From a virus: a stretch of 64,000 bases of DNA. Location: positions 32,001 to 96,000 of the IMG/VR virus record IMGVR_UViG_3300043446_003702; one strand, 5' to 3'. The notes beneath the pieces were generated by a model. It made no database searches and was not told the origin of the DNA. It saw only the letters and a program-made list of their open reading frames with translations. Positions 57,201 through 64,000 of this stretch are shown one piece after another (positions within the stretch are counted from its first letter, which is position 1; every line of letters starts with the position of its first letter). A program made the position numbers and the translations under genes.

Positions 57201-57674
57201 AGCAGTAAATTGTTCTTGCCAGTCATTATTGGTAGGATCAGCCCAGTTCACCGTGACGTTGGAAAGATTTACGCCATTGTAGTCAACAACATTTTCAGTT
57301 GTTGTGACATTGAACACTTTGAGAAACCCTTCGGCTGCGGTGTTACGTTTGGCAGTGTAACTCACCAAATTTGCAAGACGTACCACTGAATCTCTGCGTT
57401 CAGCAGTGTCCATGTAGTTTTCGCGTGTGTTTAGATCAGTGCGAAATGCCAGTGCTTGGCCCATAAACGCCATAACGTCCAGCAAGGCAATAAATTCTGA
57501 CGACTCAATGTAGTCATTGAAAGTTTCGGGGTAGTACAAACGCAGATAGTCAATGAAACTTTTGCGAAGTGTCTCAAAGTCATAGCTCTGAAAATCAGCT
57601 TCGCGGTAGGTTTGATAGATCTGTTTCCAATCTTCTACACCAAATATTGCTGTTTGTCTTGTGGTTGTTGCCAT
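54219..57674 (-). CDS. Baseplate wedge subunit, T4 gp6-like
   Basis: YDFETLRK..IDYL, FNDYIESS, TAERRDSV.RLA, FGDG.F and APARYYTQNRMVNGEDY. Confidence 0.8.
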   Translation of the reverse strand: MATTTRQTAIFGVEDWKQIYQTYREADFQSYDFETLRKSFIDYLRLYYPETFNDYIESSEFIALLDVMAFMGQALAFRTDLNTRENYMDTAERRDSVVRLANLVSYTAKRNTAAEGFLKVFNVTTTENVVDYNGVNLSNVTVNWADPTNNDWQEQFTAIINAALVDSQKVGRPGNRQTILGVDTAEYGINLVSGFLPVIPYTATVDGINMPFEATTSTSVGKDYVYEPAPTPNTVFNILFRNDQLGFQSANTGYFFFFKQGILQNQDFNLTERIANRTVDINIEGVNNDDRWLFQLDNIGNISREWKYVENVYTAAEQRNNVLQPIYSVTSRANDQITMIFGDGVFSEIPVGIFRAYVRASNGLQYIINPEEMQNVVLPISYTDRNGNLQTITFTCGITRPVSNSQAREPIAEIKQRAPARYYTQNRMVNGEDYNLFPYTQYNSIIKSKALNRASIGTSRYLDLVDNTGKYSSTNTFSSDGAIWRQNILPTILFSYINRNDIADIITNQVQPSIGGYTVKQFYYANFPRITSTTTPNGITWLAGYQWHQSTTLANETTGYFTNATGTPIPIGDTTTTMFRYAIVGSLIKFVPPTGYYFDRNNRLVQGTPMRADERMEIWASPQAIVGDGYNNGVGNLASGSGPVTINNFVPTGALVDSIIPLFVTDLPTTIEQQMSEQILLYRNFGLGYDNNGDITGTPYTWYLITSTNLDAYSQSNPATWSQQYAGNTSGTNLDASWLIQFVVENQNYTITFRGLSYNFGSVLQTRFFFYEDQLVYDSRTGTIIKDFINVLAVNTQPNSTEPLPGDIYTTIIGQPVESDGYVDDFQVLVSFRDSDNDGVPDNPDFFDEIVGPATTAGPYVFLQQTVDFDNLQRYLLVEPGRVVYLYGTLEEIELAKTEWTPGQVFYAYDENAFYQLSISVTGVRTIVSVSGWIAKTGRQSLYFQYRHNSPLTNRIDPGTTNIIDMYVVTLNYYTAYQNWLRDTTGTVIEPDMPTIDELTTEYQALQDYKMISDNIVVNSVVFKPLFGPKAAAELRGTIKVIRAQNSTASTSEIKSLVLAEMNNYFSIDKWNFGDTFYFSELAAYLHRQLGTIISSVVLVPLNQQKSFGDLYEIRSQPNEIFANGAVIDNIDVIEALTSTNLRTAPGSGVI

Positions 57675-57720
57675 TTTTGTCTCGTCCGTGCTTTATTTAT
57701 TAATAATAAAAACGGCGTAG

Positions 57721-58095
57721 TTATACGTAACTGGCATTACGAGTTTGTTCGTCAAAGAATATGCTGAGAATTTCAGCGTTGGTGGTGTTTATAATGGTGA
57801 TCTGAAGTTGTATCAGTATACCATTTACTTGAGGAAACACTTGTATGTCATTGACAGTGAGTCTGGGATCGCCGCCTGCTACTCGCTGCACTTCGGCACG
57901 TATCTGTTGTGAAATTTGTTCAACTTGATTTTCAAACAAAAAATCATACAAAGTGGTGCCATATCCCGGGCGTCCAGGCAGTTCACCTTGACGAATACTG
58001 AAAGCATTAAGCAGGTCTCGTTGTATAAGATCAAAGTCAGTCAGTGTGAACTTTTTGTATTGATCAATGGTATTAAAGCCAATAAATGTGGTCAT
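57721..58095 (-). CDS. Baseplate wedge subunit, gp25/GPW family
   Basis: IRQGE.PGRPGYGT.LYD.LFE and DPRL. Confidence 0.85.
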   Translation of the reverse strand: MTTFIGFNTIDQYKKFTLTDFDLIQRDLLNAFSIRQGELPGRPGYGTTLYDFLFENQVEQISQQIRAEVQRVAGGDPRLTVNDIQVFPQVNGILIQLQITIINTTNAEILSIFFDEQTRNASYV

Positions 58096-58100
58096 GTCAA

Positions 58101-58108
58101 TATTTATA
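58101..58108 (-). promoter_or_regulatory. T4-like late promoter TATAAATA
   Basis: Exact match, 5 nt before the ATG at 58095. Confidence 0.6.
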
Positions 58109-58125
58109 GATTACTCACCCCTGCG

Positions 58126-59196
58126 TTACTGGGATGGTAGAACAGGTCCGGGATAGTCTAAATTAGGTATTTTGTCATTACCAAACACTCGAGTCACAGC
58201 AGCGTCCACCGTGGCACGATCTACTGTGTCTTCCGCTTCCCCTGGTGGCGCTAATTGTGCCACAGCATCGTTGAGTTTTTTGTCAGCAAAGTCCACAGCA
58301 AATGATGCGTCTTTGGCCACAGTGTCAAATTGAGATTTTACGTTTGCAGGCAGTTCACCTTTGGCCCAGGCCAGTGTGTCTGTCGGACTCTTGGCAGCAT
58401 TTAATGAGACTCCTGCCAATGCCTTGGGATTGAGTTTATCAATTGGAATCCCCAGTTGTTTAACTACGTTTAGTCCTGAGCTCATTAAATTTTGTTGTGT
58501 TAAATTTTGTACGGCTGGGTTGTTTAACAATCCATCAAGGTTGTTAATACCATCTTTGCCGGTCCACACTGCAGGACTTTTAAGTACGCTGGTCAATGAG
58601 TTGGTACCTTGATTGAGAAACGATGCCACTGTCCCAGTTTTTAACAAGCCGGCGTTTTCTAACTGAGACGCATTGAATCCAAATTTACCTACCCCTGCAG
58701 CGTCACTAAATTCTGATGTGGTTTGTCCTACCAAGGTTGATGCTTGCGACATGGCTGATCTTACATCAATGCCACTGAGTCCGCTGATAGAAGTCAACGA
58801 TGGTGTTTGTTTGGCAAAATCAGCCAAGTTTATGCCGTTTGTAACTGGGGTTCCACTGATGACTTTGGTTATACCTGACAATGTTTGTTGTGCCACAGAT
58901 GTTGCTGACCCCAGCACAGAGGAGAATTCTTTGCCTGCTGAACTAAATGCTGGACCCAATGCTCCTGAAGTCAATCCTGGAACGCCACTGAGTGCCTGTG
59001 ACACTTGTCCTGATGCAGCCGCAAGACCACCTTGAGCTTGTTTGGCTGCATTTATTACATCACCAGACTCTAGGCCAACCAGGGCACCAGTCTTTGACTG
59101 TTGTTCAAACACTGCGCGAGCCTGTGCTTCAGTAGCACCTGGTGGCCCTTGAATGTTGAATTTTTTTCCAAGATAATCAAAAACAAAATTGCTCAT
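58126..59196 (-). CDS. Baseplate-associated protein with a degenerate lysozyme-like segment
   Basis: ATGA-coupled to the gp5-like gene; GVGKFGF..SQLE.AG..K.G...WTGKDGIN.L..LLNNP..Q. Confidence 0.5.
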   Translation of the reverse strand: MSNFVFDYLGKKFNIQGPPGATEAQARAVFEQQSKTGALVGLESGDVINAAKQAQGGLAAASGQVSQALSGVPGLTSGALGPAFSSAGKEFSSVLGSATSVAQQTLSGITKVISGTPVTNGINLADFAKQTPSLTSISGLSGIDVRSAMSQASTLVGQTTSEFSDAAGVGKFGFNASQLENAGLLKTGTVASFLNQGTNSLTSVLKSPAVWTGKDGINNLDGLLNNPAVQNLTQQNLMSSGLNVVKQLGIPIDKLNPKALAGVSLNAAKSPTDTLAWAKGELPANVKSQFDTVAKDASFAVDFADKKLNDAVAQLAPPGEAEDTVDRATVDAAVTRVFGNDKIPNLDYPGPVLPSQ

Positions 59197-60695
59197 TTGG
59201 CTTGAATATTCCATCCTGCAGGCATAGGTACAGCACCTGGTGGTGGTGTGGGTTGTCCTGGTTCTAATTTTATTTTTACATCAACACCCTTGTTGTGATA
59301 CGGATATGGTTCATGTGTGGGTGCTCGAGGCACAATAGTTTTCAATGCTTTTTTGTCAACTTCCCAACCTTTGCTGGTATTAAATGTTGTGTCATCTAAT
59401 TCAATTGTGGCAATGGGGTCTGGTGCATCCACTGTGGGCGCAGTGGGACCATTAAGGTCAATGCCGCCGGCAGTGAACAACAAGGCGTCACCTCCGTTCC
59501 ATGATCCTGAAGCACTGTTCATGGCCAAAGAACCATCGGCCTTGACGCCTATGGTGTTTTTGCTGTAGATTTTAAATTCATTTTGTGCAGTAACACTGAG
59601 ATCAGTCATGGCCTCCACTGTCATGGCATTGGCAGTTTTGATCTGTATATTGCCACCTGAATACATGTTGATGTCGCGGTCAGCATGCAGGTTGATGTCA
59701 CCCTGTGTGCGAATGTTTACACTGTTGGTAGAGAACACATCCACTGTGCCTTCTTTGCCAAACTCCAACCAAGTCTGACCGTTGGCATGTGTAATATAGA
59801 AAAAGTCACCAGAGTCATTCATGGTAATCTGATGACCCTTGGGGGTTCGCAATCTAAACAAGGCATTGTTGCCGTCAAGATCACCATCGTCCATCACAAG
59901 GGTGTGCCCACCCATACGACCAATCACTTCGGCTTGATCAGGTCTGATCTCATTGGCCTGAATCTTTTTACGGATATCATTGGGACTCATACCTCCTTGG
60001 TACACAGGTATTCCCGGCGTACTAATACCAAACACAGCACTGGGCGTTTCCCGCTGGCTACTTGACCGTATTGGACCGCGTTCTATATCCTTGTTGAGTC
60101 CTTGTTGGAACAATACGCCAGCAGCCACAGCATGCACGGGTTTTTTTTGATCAAAAAATCTTCCATTGTTGACAATAGCAATATTATCCGTGTTGATTTC
60201 TGTCACTGGCAGCAGTTTGTCATCAGCAAAATATGTTTCTTGATTTTTGTTGCCTACCACATACTGAGTGGTGCTGCCAATAGCAGGAACCATGTGTCCT
60301 ATACCGTCATCAGGAACCACACCAATGTAATAACCCAGCTGCCGATCACCATTGGCAAAAACACACAAAATTTTAATACCAATGTCTGGTGGTGTAAACC
60401 ACATGCCGTATGCATTTTGATTTTGTGTATAATCACCCACTCCAGTGTTGGCTGTGTTGCCTTCGGGTGTGTAACCATAGAATCCTGGCAGATATCTCAC
60501 AGTGGTCCATTTAGATGAATCTTCGGGATCACCACTGGTAAATGTTTCAATATAAACTTGCAATCTTCCACTGCGAGTGGGATCAACATTGTTTTTGACT
60601 ATGCCCACAAAAGGTCCAAATTCCGTAGGTACGCCGCCACGATCTAATTTGTAGTTGGTTGGCCTACCTCTGCTGCGTTGTATATCTTCTGACAA
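59193..60695 (-). CDS. Baseplate central spike, gp5/VgrG-like (OB fold plus beta helix)
   Basis: GIVKNNVDPTRSGRLQV, YGMWF.PPD.G, GHQITMND, beta-helix repeats and R.PTHEP..H tip; TTG start with AAGGAG SD. Confidence 0.8.
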   Translation of the reverse strand: MSEDIQRSRGRPTNYKLDRGGVPTEFGPFVGIVKNNVDPTRSGRLQVYIETFTSGDPEDSSKWTTVRYLPGFYGYTPEGNTANTGVGDYTQNQNAYGMWFTPPDIGIKILCVFANGDRQLGYYIGVVPDDGIGHMVPAIGSTTQYVVGNKNQETYFADDKLLPVTEINTDNIAIVNNGRFFDQKKPVHAVAAGVLFQQGLNKDIERGPIRSSSQRETPSAVFGISTPGIPVYQGGMSPNDIRKKIQANEIRPDQAEVIGRMGGHTLVMDDGDLDGNNALFRLRTPKGHQITMNDSGDFFYITHANGQTWLEFGKEGTVDVFSTNSVNIRTQGDINLHADRDINMYSGGNIQIKTANAMTVEAMTDLSVTAQNEFKIYSKNTIGVKADGSLAMNSASGSWNGGDALLFTAGGIDLNGPTAPTVDAPDPIATIELDDTTFNTSKGWEVDKKALKTIVPRAPTHEPYPYHNKGVDVKIKLEPGQPTPPPGAVPMPAGWNIQAK

Positions 60696-60704
60696 AATTA
60701 CTCC

Positions 60705-63380
60705 TTATGCTTCTCTAACTATGGTCTGTGTGCGTCCAGCATTGACGTAGGGGTTGGTATTCAACGGTATTGGCGCATTGTCACTGAATGCAACTGGAGT
60801 GACTCCTGACCCTGTGGGTGCTTGTGGGTAGGTTGCTGGGCCAATATTCAAGTTGTTGTTGTTCTGCAACGACGATGGTGCGCTTGATGCTCCGACACTG
60901 TTCAAAGGTGCGGATGCTATTGGTATTGTTCCAGTGTTTGTAAATGCCGCTGAAGTTTTTATATTGTTATATAAAGTGTTATTGAAATTTGTTGCCGCTG
61001 TTGTTTCTGCTGTAGCGGGTTCTGCCGAAGGTGATTGTGCATTTTGTCTGTTCAACTGAGCATTATCTGTTGTACCTTCGTTGCTTCCAGTATTGGCTGC
61101 TGCTGATTTGCCTACAGTGTTTGTGCCATCAGGTTTGGGAAACATGTACAATGCGCCCTCAATTGTTTGTTCAAATTTTCCTTGTCTAAATTCACTCACA
61201 ACCTTCTGTGCAGAATACACTGTGCTTTGTATTGGTAGTCGATCTTTTGTATTACCACCAGCATACGGATCTGCCAGTCCAGTGTTCAAATCATAATCTT
61301 TTGGACGTTGCCATGATATTTCAAACATCACTTGCTGTGCGTCAAAATTTATGCTGCCGTCAGGTAAAAATGCCGAGTAACTGAATTCTTTAAGACTCAC
61401 CCCACCAGACATACTGCCTTGTTGAATCCAAGCAGGATCACCAACAATTCGTAAATTACATGTGCCCATATCACCAGGACTGTAAAGATACTCAGCAGCA
61501 TTGGCCTGTGCTTCAAGTGCGCGGGCTTCTTCGCCTTGTCTATCTTCTGTACTACTGGGAGCATAGGTATAAAACGGAATTTCTCGCATGCTTGCAGTTG
61601 TTGCCTCCCGTATAACTTCTGCCCCACTTTCGCTTTTTTTAGTACCAGTCACTGTGATATTATACAAACTGTTAAAACTGGCAGTAAAATCTATCACTGC
61701 TGTATTTTGTCCAGTGAACCAGTAAGGATATGCTTTGTGTATGCCGCGAAACTCAGTCAATGGAAAATATTTTGAATTAAAATTTTGTAAAGGATACGGT
61801 GTGACAAAAAATACAATATCATAAGCAAAGTCATTGCGTTTTCGATCATACTTGCCCTGGTACGCTTCCATAGAAATTTCAAACCACATCATGGGCTTTT
61901 TTGTTGCATTTGGATTGGGAGCTTCTTTGTTTGTTTTGGCATCTATCACTGTCAACTGTTGATTGTAAATGTAACTGCTTTTCCTAATGGCTTGGTCAAT
62001 GACCTGTACTAATTGCATACCAGAAGTGACTGACCATTTACGTGCCACACTGTCCATGGGGTTTGTTTCTGGAGACAACGCTTGATTGGCGTTTTGACTA
62101 GGTGCGACCCCCATTGGAGTATTACTTTGAATTACAACATTGCCTGTTAATTTCAACAACGACTCGCCAATATCAAGTTCTGGATAATCTGGGTGCTTTC
62201 CAAATTCAATAGCGTAAGTGTCAGCCACGGTATAGATGCCGTCTTTGACCAATTTTTGTTGGTATTCATTCATGGCTCCTATGACACCTTGTTTGATAGT
62301 CAATGACGAAGTGGGTGCGGTTGATGCCTTGGGCGGCGGCGGTGTTGTTGACCCAGAAATTGCTGATGGTGAGTAGTTTGGATTGCCAAATACTCCACTT
62401 AAAGAATTGCCACCAGTGGTTGTGGTTGCTCCCGGATTATCAACAGGTGCAGTTGATGACACATACTTTAAATTGTCACCTAGTAATTCACTGACTGTTT
62501 TTGCAGAAAATTCTCCATCAAAAGGTATTGTGCCACGACGTGTGCTGCCAGCCACCCATTGACCTATGGGTGCACATTCAAAGTCATATGTGACCAGCCT
62601 TGAACTCACCTGCCAATTGATGTTTGTAATAATAAATGGTATAAATTTTTCTACCACAGCATTGGGGTCAGTCAATCCTGTGTTGGGGTCAGCAGCACCA
62701 ACAGCTATCTGATTACCGTTGATGTCATACCCATACCACCGTATGACCATGAGATATGCCGCGGCAGTGTAGTTTATGGGCTCATTGTTGTTGTCTACCT
62801 GAGCTACATCTTGTACAGCTCGATATAATCTATCCAATAATGTTATATTTCCTGGTTCTACCACAGTGAATTTTAAATCAGTGACAAAATGCGGGCTTTG
62901 TGTCAGTTTGCCAGGCAAGGCATTTTCTATAGTAATAGAATCAATGTAAAAATCTTGCGGGAATGCAGGATTGCGACCATAGTCTTCCTCCCCGTCATTG
63001 ACAAAATCTGCATTGGGATCTTGGCCGCCTACTGAGCCTGATCCTTTGCCCAAAAACCCACCTTTGTTGACCGGTGCGCCACCGCTTTGAAACAACAAAA
63101 AGTATCCGTTAAGGTTCTTTTTTGATCCTCGTAAAAACGTTTGATATTGCACATTGCTCATTAGATACACACTGGCAGAATAGGTGTAACTGGCAAATCT
63201 ATCTAAAACGTTTGGTTGCGGAGTAATTTCGTCAGAGGCTGAGAGATTGCCTGACACATTGGCCTGGGTTTGCGTAGCTGTAACCGTGACCTCACCCAGT
63301 GTACGGTCATCATCGTTATTGAGATTAGCCGACTGTGGTTGGTTGTCAGGATTGGACAGTTTGGGTGGAGCATCAGCCAT
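60705..63380 (-). CDS. Baseplate hub or tail protein (gp27-like by position)
   Basis: NVLD.FASYTY, F.VVEP, L.IVGDPAWI and V.SEF..GKFEQ; lies between the gp53-like and gp5-like genes. Confidence 0.6.
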   Translation of the reverse strand: MADAPPKLSNPDNQPQSANLNNDDDRTLGEVTVTATQTQANVSGNLSASDEITPQPNVLDRFASYTYSASVYLMSNVQYQTFLRGSKKNLNGYFLLFQSGGAPVNKGGFLGKGSGSVGGQDPNADFVNDGEEDYGRNPAFPQDFYIDSITIENALPGKLTQSPHFVTDLKFTVVEPGNITLLDRLYRAVQDVAQVDNNNEPINYTAAAYLMVIRWYGYDINGNQIAVGAADPNTGLTDPNAVVEKFIPFIITNINWQVSSRLVTYDFECAPIGQWVAGSTRRGTIPFDGEFSAKTVSELLGDNLKYVSSTAPVDNPGATTTTGGNSLSGVFGNPNYSPSAISGSTTPPPPKASTAPTSSLTIKQGVIGAMNEYQQKLVKDGIYTVADTYAIEFGKHPDYPELDIGESLLKLTGNVVIQSNTPMGVAPSQNANQALSPETNPMDSVARKWSVTSGMQLVQVIDQAIRKSSYIYNQQLTVIDAKTNKEAPNPNATKKPMMWFEISMEAYQGKYDRKRNDFAYDIVFFVTPYPLQNFNSKYFPLTEFRGIHKAYPYWFTGQNTAVIDFTASFNSLYNITVTGTKKSESGAEVIREATTASMREIPFYTYAPSSTEDRQGEEARALEAQANAAEYLYSPGDMGTCNLRIVGDPAWIQQGSMSGGVSLKEFSYSAFLPDGSINFDAQQVMFEISWQRPKDYDLNTGLADPYAGGNTKDRLPIQSTVYSAQKVVSEFRQGKFEQTIEGALYMFPKPDGTNTVGKSAAANTGSNEGTTDNAQLNRQNAQSPSAEPATAETTAATNFNNTLYNNIKTSAAFTNTGTIPIASAPLNSVGASSAPSSLQNNNNLNIGPATYPQAPTGSGVTPVAFSDNAPIPLNTNPYVNAGRTQTIVREA

Positions 63381-63383
63381 GTT

Positions 63384-63683
63384 TTAGAATCCCAATACAG
63401 ATTTGAGTGTGGTGATTTTGGGCAAGTAAATTTTGGTACCCACTGTGAAATCCAAAGGCGGTTTAGTAAGTGTATTGGGATTGCGTTGATAAAACACCCA
63501 CCATAGTCGAGCATCGCCGTACAAGTCATGCGCCAACAAATCAGGTCTATATTGATAAGTGATATTGATACTAAAACTCAAATCGTCACTTTCTTTGGGC
63601 AAAGGCCGGTCCACCATGACGTCAAGATAAAATTGATTGTACCCTGTGGCAAAATAAGGACTGGTTGCATCATAATTGGCCAT
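63384..63683 (-). CDS. Baseplate wedge protein, gp53/LysM-like
   Basis: YQYRPDLLAHDLYGDARLWWVF..RN. Confidence 0.8.
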   Translation of the reverse strand: MANYDATSPYFATGYNQFYLDVMVDRPLPKESDDLSFSINITYQYRPDLLAHDLYGDARLWWVFYQRNPNTLTKPPLDFTVGTKIYLPKITTLKSVLGF

Positions 63684-64000
63684 TACCAAAACCCTCCTTT
63701 GAGCAAATTACCATTGGCAAACTCTTTGACACTGAACTGTTGGCTGACTTGGTCCCGTGTTTGTACAGGCAGCAAACTGATTTGCACTGTAATTTTGGTA
63801 GGCACATAAGTTGAATTGTCTATGTTGTTGACACTTTGACTAACAGTTAATAATTCTTGCGGAGTGTTGGGCACTGCGCCCTTGGGTAGCAAAGCATTTC
63901 TCAGTCGATTTATCACAGCAGATATAGGATTGTTACCACTCTGTGTTTTGGGCAAAGTATTGTTGAAATTTACATTGTAGTTGTTGGGTTTGGTTCTAAT
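63683..64000 (-). CDS. Tail tube initiator (gp48/gp54-like), C-terminal part
   Basis: The frame is open to the window end; YVPTK..V.I.L.PV..R and F....FA.G; lies just upstream of the gp53-like gene. Confidence 0.5.
   Translation of the reverse strand: MRTKPNNYNVNFNNTLPKTQSGNNPISAVINRLRNALLPKGAVPNTPQELLTVSQSVNNIDNSTYVPTKITVQISLLPVQTRDQVSQQFSVKEFANGNLLKGGFW

Noticed and set aside
1-64000. Alternative genetic code (stop codon reassignment)
   Set aside because: Genes tile densely in the standard code, a 15.5-kb ORF is intact, and TAA, TGA and TAG all end coupled genes.
54219-64000. Bacterial eCIS, T6SS or tailocin locus
   Set aside because: The surroundings (thyX, T4-like late boxes, dense small ORFs, no host housekeeping genes) indicate a large phage.

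Overview
This window looks like part of a large (jumbo-type) lytic myophage genome read in the standard genetic code. It is gene-dense, most genes are translationally coupled, and I saw no tRNA, rRNA, CRISPR array, integrase, transposase or reverse transcriptase. All product calls come from motif recognition; no database search was run. There are three zones. (1) 1-10.2 kb, + strand: the tail end of a MoxR-type AAA ATPase, its likely VWA/metallopeptidase partner, many small hypothetical proteins (including a repeat-joined paralog cassette array), a serine-glyoxylate-type aminotransferase with a perfect sigma70 promoter, and thyX. (2) 10.3-35.1 kb: a ~25 kb sugar-modification cluster. It holds six radical SAM enzymes with an N-terminal SPASM/twitch-like Cys domain, an NAD epimerase, a DegT aminotransferase, an amidinotransferase, a CmcH/NodU carbamoyltransferase, an FkbM methyltransferase, an SGNH-like protein and about eight glycosyltransferase-like proteins. 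(3) 35.1-64 kb, - strand: contractile-tail and baseplate genes (gp48/54-, gp53-, hub-, gp5-, gp25- and gp6-like), a 5167-aa giant structural protein and Ser/Thr-rich tail fibres. The best candidate for an undescribed system is zone 2: a phage-encoded pathway for an amino/amidino/carbamoyl/methyl-decorated glycan, built from the same enzyme classes as aminoglycoside tailoring and sitting directly behind the tail-fibre genes. Other notable signals are a three-gene block bounded by shared CATG starts and shared CTAG stops, a fixed 5-nt gap between promoter -10 boxes and ATG, and a discontinuous 7-blade FG-GAP propeller with nested domain insertions in the giant protein.
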